From Roseivirga sp. (lineage in GTDB: Bacteria; Bacteroidota; Bacteroidia; Cytophagales; Cyclobacteriaceae): DNA of 64,000 nt. How positions within the stretch are numbered: position 1 is the first letter of the stretch; every line of letters starts with the position of its first letter. The notes beneath the pieces were generated by a model. That model saw only the letters and a list, made by a program, of their open reading frames with translations, was not told the origin of the DNA and did not search any database. Position numbers and translations under genes: made by a program. Shown piece after piece: positions 49,350 to 56,881 of the stretch. The DNA lies in the NCBI GenBank assembly GCA_965230105.1, contig CBDDKG010000005.1, positions 188,489-252,488 of the forward strand, in the 5' to 3' direction.

Positions 49350-50261
49350 ATGAAACAATTATTAATTATCGCCCTATGTGTCATCAGCATGAGTACATGG
49401 GCACAAAGCAAAAAGAAGCAGGATGTCGCTGCGATAAAAGAAATGTGTGGGTGCTACAAGGTAAGGTTCAATTTTGCCGAAACCTTCGCACCAGACAGGC
49501 GCTATGAGTTCCATAAAAACTATAAATCAAAAGGCCTTGAGTGGGTTCAGTTGGTCGAGGAGGATAAAAACAAGGTCTCTTTGCAGCACCTGCTGATTGT
49601 GGCTCCTAAGACGATCGTGAAGCATTGGAGACAGGACTGGATCTATCAAAACACTGACTTTTATACCTATGACAAGGATAACAGTTGGAAGTATAAAGCG
49701 CTTTCAAAGAAAGACGTCAAAGGCCAGTGGTCTCAGAAAGTTTATCAGGTAGATGGTAGTCTTCGTTACGAAGGTTCGTCAAGCTGGGTACATGTAGATG
49801 GTCGACACTATTGGGAGAATACTGCTGATTCTCCTCTACCAAGACGTGAGTATTCCAAACGGACGGATTACAACTTAATGGTAAGAACTAACCGTCAGGA
49901 GTTGACACCAGAAGGTTGGGTACATGAGCAGGATAATGATAAGGTCATCAGGTCTGAGAAAGGTGACAAGTTATTAGCCCAAGAGAAAGGCTGGAATACC
50001 TATACAAAAGTAGATGACAGTGAGTGTAAAGATGCTCACGAATGGTGGGCGAAAAATAAGCAATACTGGTCTGATGTTAGACAGGTGTGGGATGAAGTTT
50101 TTGCATCAAAATCAACTTTGACCTTTAAGCGAAAAGTGGACGAGAAGGTTATGTACGAAAGAATTTTTGCCCTGGGAGATAAGGTCTTGGAAGCTGATGC
50201 TTATGACAGCGAAGCCATTCAGAAAGAGTTGAATGATATTATAAACGCATATCGTGATTAG
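49350..50261 (+). CDS. DUF6607-like exported protein
   Basis: Signal peptide; MCGCYKV.F.FAETF, KHWRQDW, WSQKVYQVD, PLPRREY and GWVHEQDN motifs. Confidence 0.72.
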   Translation: MKQLLIIALCVISMSTWAQSKKKQDVAAIKEMCGCYKVRFNFAETFAPDRRYEFHKNYKSKGLEWVQLVEEDKNKVSLQHLLIVAPKTIVKHWRQDWIYQNTDFYTYDKDNSWKYKALSKKDVKGQWSQKVYQVDGSLRYEGSSSWVHVDGRHYWENTADSPLPRREYSKRTDYNLMVRTNRQELTPEGWVHEQDNDKVIRSEKGDKLLAQEKGWNTYTKVDDSECKDAHEWWAKNKQYWSDVRQVWDEVFASKSTLTFKRKVDEKVMYERIFALGDKVLEADAYDSEAIQKELNDIINAYRD

Positions 50262-50285
50262 TTAAATTGTTTCATATCATGAGTT

Positions 50286-50319
50286 GAAGAGGGGACCCAC
50301 TTCGTGGTGTTCCTTCTTC
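50286..50319 (+). terminator. Hairpin terminating the heme operon
   Basis: gaagaggggacccacttcgtggtgttccttcttc, followed by tatt. Confidence 0.55.
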
Positions 50320-50411
50320 TATTAGCTTATGATAGGACTGTCTACGATTAAAAACAGAATAACGGCTGAAGGAACAAGAACAACGTTAGCAGTTAAATTT
50401 TCTTTTAACCG

Positions 50412-50439
50412 AAAGGGGCAACTATTCAGTCGCCCCTTT
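50412..50439 (-). terminator. Hairpin terminating the flavodoxin operon
   Basis: aaaggggcaact-attc-agtcgccccttt; the one mismatch is G.U on the - strand. Confidence 0.6.
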
Positions 50440-50499
50440 GAAATTTAAAACCACTTCTGTTAGAAACATATCTGGTTTAACACTACGTATTGTGTGAGA

Positions 50500-51036
50500 C
50501 TAATTGGCCATCACTGAATCGCTAATAATGGGAAACTCCTCTTGGATCTGTTCCAGCCAGGCATCGACACGGTCCACTGTCAGGTCTCTTTGGTTGTCTT
50601 CATCGACAGCTAAACCCATAAACCAGCCAGGCTCAAACTCTGCAACAGACTCTAGGTAGTCATAACCTTCGGTAGGCCAGACACCAATAATCTCTCCTCC
50701 ATTTTGGGCGATGACATTGCCAAGAATACCAACGCCATCAATAAAGAACTCGCCATAGCCTATCTGGTCCCCCAGGCCAAATAGAGCTACTTTTTTGCCA
50801 CTAAAATCGATGGTTTGGAAGGTCTCAAAAAAGCTCTCCCAGTCACTTTGCAAATCGCCATCAAACCAGGTAGACAGGCCAAGAATTAGTTTATCATACT
50901 GATCAAAATCCGACTTCTTCACCTTGTAAACGTCATAAACGTCTAGCATTTCCTCTCCTAATTTTTTGATGATAAGTTCAGATACATATTCAGTAGAGCC
51001 CGTATCTGAGCCATAAAACAAACCAATTTTTTCCAT
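50500..51036 (-). CDS. fldA: Long-chain flavodoxin
   Basis: IGLFYGSDTGSTE, LGLSTW..GDLQSDW, ALFGLGDQ.GY..FF.D and GL.VDEDNQ motifs. Confidence 0.95.
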   Translation of the reverse strand: MEKIGLFYGSDTGSTEYVSELIIKKLGEEMLDVYDVYKVKKSDFDQYDKLILGLSTWFDGDLQSDWESFFETFQTIDFSGKKVALFGLGDQIGYGEFFIDGVGILGNVIAQNGGEIIGVWPTEGYDYLESVAEFEPGWFMGLAVDEDNQRDLTVDRVDAWLEQIQEEFPIISDSVMAN

Positions 51037-51039
51037 GTA

Positions 51040-51390
51040 TTATTTTCTGTTTCCTGTACTGTCTTTTTGTGTTGGCAAAGCCAATAATCTACTTTCTATT
51101 ATCAGCTGAGTTTCGATGAGCAATGATTCCAATTGATTTAACTGTTCTTCTGAAAGCACGAAGTGAATGTTAAGACGCTCTATTTGGACGAGTGCCTTCT
51201 TGTTTAACAAGGTGTTGAACCACTGAAAACTTTGTTGTTGAGTTGTTATAAAGTCTTTGAAGTAAGCGATGCCAAGAGGACTAAGTTCAAGACTCATATA
51301 CTCGGACTTCACCAAAAATGAATCTCCCACATCACTGACAGCGATGCTCCCAAAAGGATTTTCATTAATGACGTGTCCAATTCTTGGCAT
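51040..51390 (-). CDS. Divergent, Cys-free DUF6686-like paralog
   Basis: Same length and the same beta-beta-beta-alpha x2 pattern as the two upstream paralogs; shares the C-terminal helix pattern (LIETQLII vs LEEAMLML). Confidence 0.5.
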   Translation of the reverse strand: MPRIGHVINENPFGSIAVSDVGDSFLVKSEYMSLELSPLGIAYFKDFITTQQQSFQWFNTLLNKKALVQIERLNIHFVLSEEQLNQLESLLIETQLIIESRLLALPTQKDSTGNRK

Positions 51391-51582
51391 TTACTTACTT
51401 TTTCCTTTGAGCCTTATCTTTTCGTTTAGGTAGGGGCACTGAATTTTGGCAATGCCCTCTAGTTCAGCATCTGTTAATGAAGTGTTGCCTGCAATAACCT
51501 CATTGATGACCCTGTCAAAATCTATATTGAGAATCGATTGACCACGATTCGAATTTGTGCCTTGAATAGATCCTTTATCCAT
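51391..51582 (-). CDS. Small (63 aa) hypothetical protein with a QCPYL motif
   Basis: ATG start; its stop abuts the next gene's ATG; fills the operon gap. Confidence 0.6.
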   Translation of the reverse strand: MDKGSIQGTNSNRGQSILNIDFDRVINEVIAGNTSLTDAELEGIAKIQCPYLNEKIRLKGKSK

Positions 51583-51631
51583 CTTCCTATATGATTTAGT
51601 ATTTAGTTTGATCCATCAAGGACTTAGTTTC

Positions 51632-51955
51632 TTAGCTAATAAGTGTTTTGTTAATCTGATCCATCAGCATTGCCTGCTCGATTTCACTTATGATGTATTG
51701 CGTTTCTTCCTGGGTGAAACCCATACCATGACCGTCAAATTTTGAATTACTGATTACAGCTTTCAGGCCTTGTGGATGCCTTGCAGTGTAGTGCTGAATG
51801 GTGAGCGATTTCAGTATCTTCAAGAATGCTCTTAGTTCTCGCCTCGTAAAGGTCATGAAGAGGTTCTTATAATTCACATTGTAGTGGTTACAACACTTAC
51901 ACCTATAAATCTGGATGTCTTCCGACTCATGCAGTATGATTATTTTGTGTGTCAT
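51632..51955 (-). CDS. DUF6686-like protein
   Basis: CKCC..Y.V.YKN motif; 4-nt overlap with the upstream paralog. Confidence 0.7.
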   Translation of the reverse strand: MTHKIIILHESEDIQIYRCKCCNHYNVNYKNLFMTFTRRELRAFLKILKSLTIQHYTARHPQGLKAVISNSKFDGHGMGFTQEETQYIISEIEQAMLMDQINKTLIS

Positions 51956-52284
51956 TCTTTTATTTCTAGAGATTCGTGCACTTGTAACATGAGCATGGCC
52001 TCTTCCAAAACCGTAACGAGTTCTCCAAACTCTTCTAGGTTAAAACAAAATTGTATGTCAGGATGGCAAGTTTCCAGTACCGTATAGTCCTGACCATTTG
52101 GAAACCTGGTGGCGTTTTTAAAGAACTCCGAACTTGTAACTCCCTGATAAAAATTGTTGAACTCCTCAATTTCAAATCCTACAAGTATGTTTTTATAGTA
52201 TAGGCCTACGCGCTTACAACACTTGCATAAGGAAATATTTAAGTGAGGGCTATCTACTAAGATTGTTGGACTACATTGACTCAT
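51952..52284 (-). CDS. DUF6686-like protein
   Basis: CKCCKRVGLYYKN and IQFCFNLEEF..L...LEEA motifs. Confidence 0.72.
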   Translation of the reverse strand: MSQCSPTILVDSPHLNISLCKCCKRVGLYYKNILVGFEIEEFNNFYQGVTSSEFFKNATRFPNGQDYTVLETCHPDIQFCFNLEEFGELVTVLEEAMLMLQVHESLEIKE

Positions 52285-52297
52285 AGTATCTGGTTTT

Positions 52298-52325
52298 AAA
52301 ACTCGCCCTCCGAAGAGAGCGAGTT
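52298..52325 (-). terminator. Intrinsic terminator inside the leader
   Basis: Minus strand aactcgctctc-ttcg-gagggcgagtt-tt. Confidence 0.7.
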
Positions 52326-52494
52326 ATTGACTGATTATATGAAGAGTATTCAATTACGTAGGAGTCACCCTTCTGATGACTCCTGCAGTAGAGTGTATCC
52401 ATCACTTACATTTTCAATTCTGTGATTTAGTGATGCATTTCCTCCTTAGTGATCTCGATCGAGGTATTTCCACTGCAACTTCTCCACTATTATT

Positions 52495-52513
52495 ATTTAG
52501 ACTAATTCTAAAC
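52495..52513. promoter_or_regulatory. Fur-like 19-bp operator
   Basis: ATTTAGACTAATTCTAAAC, just downstream of the -7 box. Confidence 0.72.
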
Positions 52514-52520
52514 AATGACA

Positions 52521-52551
52521 CAAATGTATACTCGAAGTATGACTCGGACAA
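52521..52551 (-). promoter_or_regulatory. Sigma70 promoter P2 of the leader-DUF6686-flavodoxin operon
   Basis: Minus strand TTG-N20-TACATTTG. Confidence 0.75.
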
Positions 52552-52590
52552 TCGCTAGTTGTAGTAGTATTGCTTACTACTAATAGTGAT
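52551..52590. promoter_or_regulatory. Upstream motif of P2 (ACTACTACAACTAGCGATT plus a TAGTAGTA-N5-TACTACTA inverted repeat)
   Basis: 17/19 identical to 45843-45861; perfect 8-bp inverted repeat at 52562-52582. Confidence 0.55.
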
Positions 52591-52629
52591 TTCGAAGGGA
52601 GAATGGAATAGCTTCGGAAGGCACTTGGA

Positions 52630-54834
52630 CTAGTAGCAGTCGGTCTTAATCTGACCACACATTTTCAGGTGATTCAGGCTGAGTCCGGAACCTTTTTTGA
52701 GGTGCTCAGCAAGCACCTTCTCAACTGCCTGTTGCATGCTGAGTCCACCACAAATCATAATGACATGTCCCTGGCTGAGGGCTGTGGTAATCCACCTTAA
52801 CTCTTTGCTGATGGCATCCTGAACATATTGTTTCTCATCGCCTTCTCTTGAGAAGGCTGTGATGAGCTTATTCAACTTTCCAGTGGTAACGGCTCTGTCT
52901 AATTGTTCTTGGTAGAGTTGATAAGAAGCTGTATTCCGCCCTCCCCAAAACAGTGAGATATGCTGTTTTAGTGGGCTATCATTGATCATGCCGAGAAAAG
53001 GAGCAATGCCTGTTCCATTCGCAATCATAATAACCCCCGGTGCTTCTTTAGGTAGGTGAAATGCTGGATTGGTCTTCAGATTACCCAATACCTTATTGCC
53101 AATATTTGATTCACTTAAATAGGACGAGCATATGCCCATATCATGCTTTCTGATGCTGAGCGTAATCGTTGATGCTTCGTTATCCACAGACATGGAATAC
53201 AGGCGCTCGCGGCTTTCCCCTGGAGGTATTACAGATAATAGGTCTCCCGACTGGTATGCTTTCAGTTTGCGTTTTGAAGACTTTAAAGTCAGAAGAAACG
53301 TTTGATCTGATGAGTTAGGAGAATCACATTTTTCTGTGACCAAGAATGGAAGTTGTTTCCTTTTTGGAATGGCCAGATCCTGTTCATCAATCGAGATTTT
53401 CTGGCCCGTTTTCGTTCCTAAGGCTTGAACCCAGTGCATGAACTCGTCTTTGGACTCATTGTCCACCTTGTGCAATGGTACAAGCTGAGTAGCCTCTGTT
53501 CCCTGGCTTAACTGAGCATTGGACTCAATAGCAAACTGGCAAAAGTCAGGATAGGCCGTACTCCCAAAGCCTAAAACTGCATATTGGAAGGGTTGTTGTT
53601 GCTTTGTGTTTCGAACTTTATGAATAAACTTTTTGGCATTTTCAGGCGCTTCCCCCACACCATAGGTGGAGGTCAAGACGAGTAATTGCTCCATATTCTT
53701 AAAGGACTCATATTCGTCCATGCCGGTTAGGTGTACTTTGTGTTGAAGCTTGAGCAAACTCTTTTGCAAAGCCCTGGCAAAACGCATGGTACTGCCCTGT
53801 TCGGAACCTACCAGAATGATAATTTCGCTATCATCTTTGCTGTATGGATTTATGATTTTACTCTTATCTCTTTTCAGGTAAATGGCAAAACCACTATAGA
53901 TAAAGAATAGAATACCGATTCCGGTAAGTCCCAATACAGACGCCCAAATGATAGTGCCTTCTCCCGTATGAAGGTTAAAGCTTAACTGATATGCTAGCTT
54001 TACCAAAGGGTAGTCAAGCTCACTGATCACTGTCCCATTAAACTGATTGACCAGGAGTTCCTTATTCTTAAGTTTGACTTCGTAGTATTCCTCAGGGAAT
54101 TCGGCAAATGGGAAGTTGAGTTCTCTTAGATCTTCAAGTGTGTAGGTATTGAATGGCTCAAAGGAGGATAGGGGTTGTTTCGGTTCTTCTGTGAGTCGGG
54201 TCTCATCTATTGAGTGATCGAGTGGTGGTATGACAACCAAATTGAACCGCTCCATAAATAGATAGGTGCCAGTGGCGCCAAGCACTATGATGGATAGGAT
54301 CAGCCAGCGGCTGAAGCGTGTGTGGTAATCCTTGTAGAAGTCGTTTTTAATGACTTTCGAAAAGTAATTTTTGATACCACCCTGCTTCTTAAGTATCAGA
54401 AAGAAACCGCTAAGTGCCATAAACAAGAGTATGACAGAGACCAAGCCTATGAGAAACCTTCCGATCTGACCCAGAAATAGAGATCGGTGCAAACTGCGGC
54501 TAAATTCAAAGATTCTAGGGGTTCGGATAAGCTCACCAATTTTCAGACCTGTGAATGGATCGACATAAAAAGGGGTGTCTGAATCAATGGTTTGGATAGA
54601 AACAAAGCCGTTCTTGTCACGAGAAATGTTAAGAACTTCTTCATGCTGAGCTGTAATGTTGGTGATGGCCTCACTCAATAGTAGGTCATCTGCTTTTTTT
54701 ACCTGATAGGGATGTGTCTTTTGATAGATAGGCTCAAAAGACAAGATAGCGCCTGTAATAGACGCTATCAGAAGAAATATCGTACTGATTATAGCCAGCC
54801 AGAGGTGTGTGACCCGCCACAATGAGAGTGACAT
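52630..54834 (-). CDS. PepSY-TM + flavodoxin + FAD/NAD(P)H (FNR) fusion oxidoreductase
   Basis: WRVTHLWL, SLHRSL and LHTGEG membrane His; GSEQGST and STYGVGEAP flavodoxin motifs; RLYSM, GICS, GTGIAPF, YVQD and ICGG FNR motifs. Confidence 0.88.
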   Translation of the reverse strand: MSLSLWRVTHLWLAIISTIFLLIASITGAILSFEPIYQKTHPYQVKKADDLLLSEAITNITAQHEEVLNISRDKNGFVSIQTIDSDTPFYVDPFTGLKIGELIRTPRIFEFSRSLHRSLFLGQIGRFLIGLVSVILLFMALSGFFLILKKQGGIKNYFSKVIKNDFYKDYHTRFSRWLILSIIVLGATGTYLFMERFNLVVIPPLDHSIDETRLTEEPKQPLSSFEPFNTYTLEDLRELNFPFAEFPEEYYEVKLKNKELLVNQFNGTVISELDYPLVKLAYQLSFNLHTGEGTIIWASVLGLTGIGILFFIYSGFAIYLKRDKSKIINPYSKDDSEIIILVGSEQGSTMRFARALQKSLLKLQHKVHLTGMDEYESFKNMEQLLVLTSTYGVGEAPENAKKFIHKVRNTKQQQPFQYAVLGFGSTAYPDFCQFAIESNAQLSQGTEATQLVPLHKVDNESKDEFMHWVQALGTKTGQKISIDEQDLAIPKRKQLPFLVTEKCDSPNSSDQTFLLTLKSSKRKLKAYQSGDLLSVIPPGESRERLYSMSVDNEASTITLSIRKHDMGICSSYLSESNIGNKVLGNLKTNPAFHLPKEAPGVIMIANGTGIAPFLGMINDSPLKQHISLFWGGRNTASYQLYQEQLDRAVTTGKLNKLITAFSREGDEKQYVQDAISKELRWITTALSQGHVIMICGGLSMQQAVEKVLAEHLKKGSGLSLNHLKMCGQIKTDCY

Positions 54835-54838
54835 ACAG

Positions 54839-55339
54839 TTATTTACTAGCCGATTTTTGAATTAACTGCACATAGCGGATGTAGCCATTGCCTTTTAATC
54901 GCTGACCCGCCATGCTATCTGTCAAGTCTATCTCTAGATCCTTTTCGTGATAATCCTGATCTTCTACCGCAGTCTCAAACCTTAATTTGTAACCGGCATT
55001 AACCATTGAAGCATCAAGGCTTACTGTAGCGACTTTTCTTCCCCCACTAGAGATAGAGGCGCCAGCCATACCGTCAATTTCTACTTTATTGCTCGGATAG
55101 AATTCATACCATGCCGGTAGATCTTCGTACCAATCCTCATCATCGCCATGTACAGACACGGTCTTCACATATTCTCCTTCAGTATTCAATACTGAAACCA
55201 CAACATAGGCACCTTCGCCACCATAGTTGGTCAGCTGGATGAGGCATTTGTATGTGACAGCTTCGTTGTTAATCGATTTAAATCCAAAGCTGATGCTTGC
55301 TGCCAATAAGAGAACAGCGATTAATAATTTGTTTTTCAT
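54839..55339 (-). CDS. DUF2271 family exported protein
   Basis: Signal peptide; NYGGEGAYVV.S, WY.DL..W, IDGMAGASI and RFETAVED motifs. Confidence 0.8.
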   Translation of the reverse strand: MKNKLLIAVLLLAASISFGFKSINNEAVTYKCLIQLTNYGGEGAYVVVSVLNTEGEYVKTVSVHGDDEDWYEDLPAWYEFYPSNKVEIDGMAGASISSGGRKVATVSLDASMVNAGYKLRFETAVEDQDYHEKDLEIDLTDSMAGQRLKGNGYIRYVQLIQKSASK

Positions 55340-56856
55340 TATTTCTGAGTTTTCAAAAATTCAATATTGGTGATGTTGGCCCCTAAAATTTCGTTTTCCA
55401 TGGCCAGGTCATATGCAGACTCTTCGAATTCAGTTCTGACGTTTTTATCGGCTCCAGAAGCGATTAAGAATTTGAGTAAATCGCTGGTTTCTGATAGCAT
55501 GGCTGCATGGTGTAAGATCGTTTGGCCATTCGCATCTTTTGCGTTGATGTCAATGCCCAGAGCAATAAGCCTTTTCAGAAATTCAATGTTCTGTCGTGAA
55601 ATGGCCACATGCAGCAGCGTCTGCCCATCAAATTGTGTTGTTTTGGGATTGTAACCTTTGGACATTAAGAACTTCATCTTTTGATCGAAGAGATCAAGAT
55701 TATTTCTCGTGCCATCTACGACATGGTAACCTAGGTCATAAACTCCATCTGCTTTGACTTCTATTTGAGCTCCGGCATCGGCAAGAAATTCGACTACGTC
55801 CATATTATTGTATTTGATGGCTCGCATAAAGCTGGAAAAGCCTTCTTTATTCTTGCTATTGATGTCCTTAGTCTTATTTGCCAAGAACTTTACTTTTTCC
55901 AGTCCACCTCTGGCTGAGGCATTGATCAGGGGAGTGTTACCATCTTTATCTACCTGGTTGACATCAGCGCCCTTATCGATGAAGTATTGGAGGGTTTTGA
56001 CATCATTGGAGCGGAATGCAAGGTTGTGTAGCGCATTTCTGCCTGACTTAGTCGATTTCGCAGGATCAAGCCCCAGACTTTCAAAGTATTTGAATAATAA
56101 GATTGGAGATGCTTCATTTTCACCAAAGTTTCTGTTAGTCGCAAAGTAGAAAGCGTTCTCCCCCGTCTTTGGGTTAGCCTTGAAGTCGACTTTGTAATCA
56201 TCAACAAGCTTTTGTAATAACTCTTTATTCCGAGTGGAAGCCGCATAGTGAAAGAGGCCATTACCATTATCATCCGTCTCATGGATGTCTACACCTAAGC
56301 CCATGAAGTAATCAAGCATTTCGGTGTTTTCGAGTCGACCTGCGAAAGTCATTAAGACATTTCTACCATTTCGCGGATTCTTCGCTGCAATGTCTAAGCC
56401 ATTGGCCATAGACAGTTCGTATACCTTTTTGTTAGCTTGACCTGAACGTGCTGCAAACATCATGGCATTGTTGCCGCCATCATCGACTAGCTCAATTTTG
56501 ATTCCACTTGACAGTAAATATTCCATCACTTCAGTATTGCCCCTTAAGGCAGCCCAGTGGAGATAAGTTCGGGCATCATGGGTGATGGTATTGACTTCGC
56601 CTACTTGCTTAACCAAATACTTGATTACATCTGTAGCATTATTCTCAAGTATGGCATAGGTAGTAGGGTCAAACATTGAAGAAGTAAACTCAGTAGGTGA
56701 GTGGCCTTCCTTTACTTTTTGTTTCACCTCTTCTAAAGAGGGTTGTAATCTCCAAAAACCTCTGTCTAGAAATTTATTCGACTGTTGTGCAGTGGCGGTG
56801 AACTGGATAAGAACACAGCAAATCAATAAAATCCTGCTAAGTAAACTGACTCTCAT
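55339..56856 (-). CDS. Exported ankyrin-repeat protein
   Basis: Signal peptide; many T.LH.A..G...V..LL..GA.IN..D..G repeats. Confidence 0.9.
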   Translation of the reverse strand: MRVSLLSRILLICCVLIQFTATAQQSNKFLDRGFWRLQPSLEEVKQKVKEGHSPTEFTSSMFDPTTYAILENNATDVIKYLVKQVGEVNTITHDARTYLHWAALRGNTEVMEYLLSSGIKIELVDDGGNNAMMFAARSGQANKKVYELSMANGLDIAAKNPRNGRNVLMTFAGRLENTEMLDYFMGLGVDIHETDDNGNGLFHYAASTRNKELLQKLVDDYKVDFKANPKTGENAFYFATNRNFGENEASPILLFKYFESLGLDPAKSTKSGRNALHNLAFRSNDVKTLQYFIDKGADVNQVDKDGNTPLINASARGGLEKVKFLANKTKDINSKNKEGFSSFMRAIKYNNMDVVEFLADAGAQIEVKADGVYDLGYHVVDGTRNNLDLFDQKMKFLMSKGYNPKTTQFDGQTLLHVAISRQNIEFLKRLIALGIDINAKDANGQTILHHAAMLSETSDLLKFLIASGADKNVRTEFEESAYDLAMENEILGANITNIEFLKTQK

Positions 56857-56881
56857 TCCGATCGGATTAGTTATTGTTGTT

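Larger units (their letters stand above)
52298..52515 (-). ncRNA. Candidate Fur-repressed sRNA or attenuator leader (~220 nt)
   Basis: Runs from a canonical promoter to a UUCG-loop terminator 14 nt before the first ATG; internal AGGAGTCA/TGACTCCT hairpin; 5' end inferred from promoter position. Confidence 0.42.

Noticed and set aside
50322-50444. Minus-strand open frame with a hydrophobic stretch (VVLVPSAVILFLIV)
   Set aside because: It has no ATG, GTG or TTG start and begins inside the flavodoxin terminator.
52427-52447. Perfect AAGGAGG followed by a Met-His-His-stop mini-ORF on the - strand
   Set aside because: The SD-to-ATG gap is only 2 nt and Bacteroidota generally do not use SD pairing, so this is probably chance.
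52376-52558. 60-aa + strand ORF in the ORF track
   Set aside because: It spans the - strand promoter, operator and leader, has no protein-like motif and no promoter of its own was seen.
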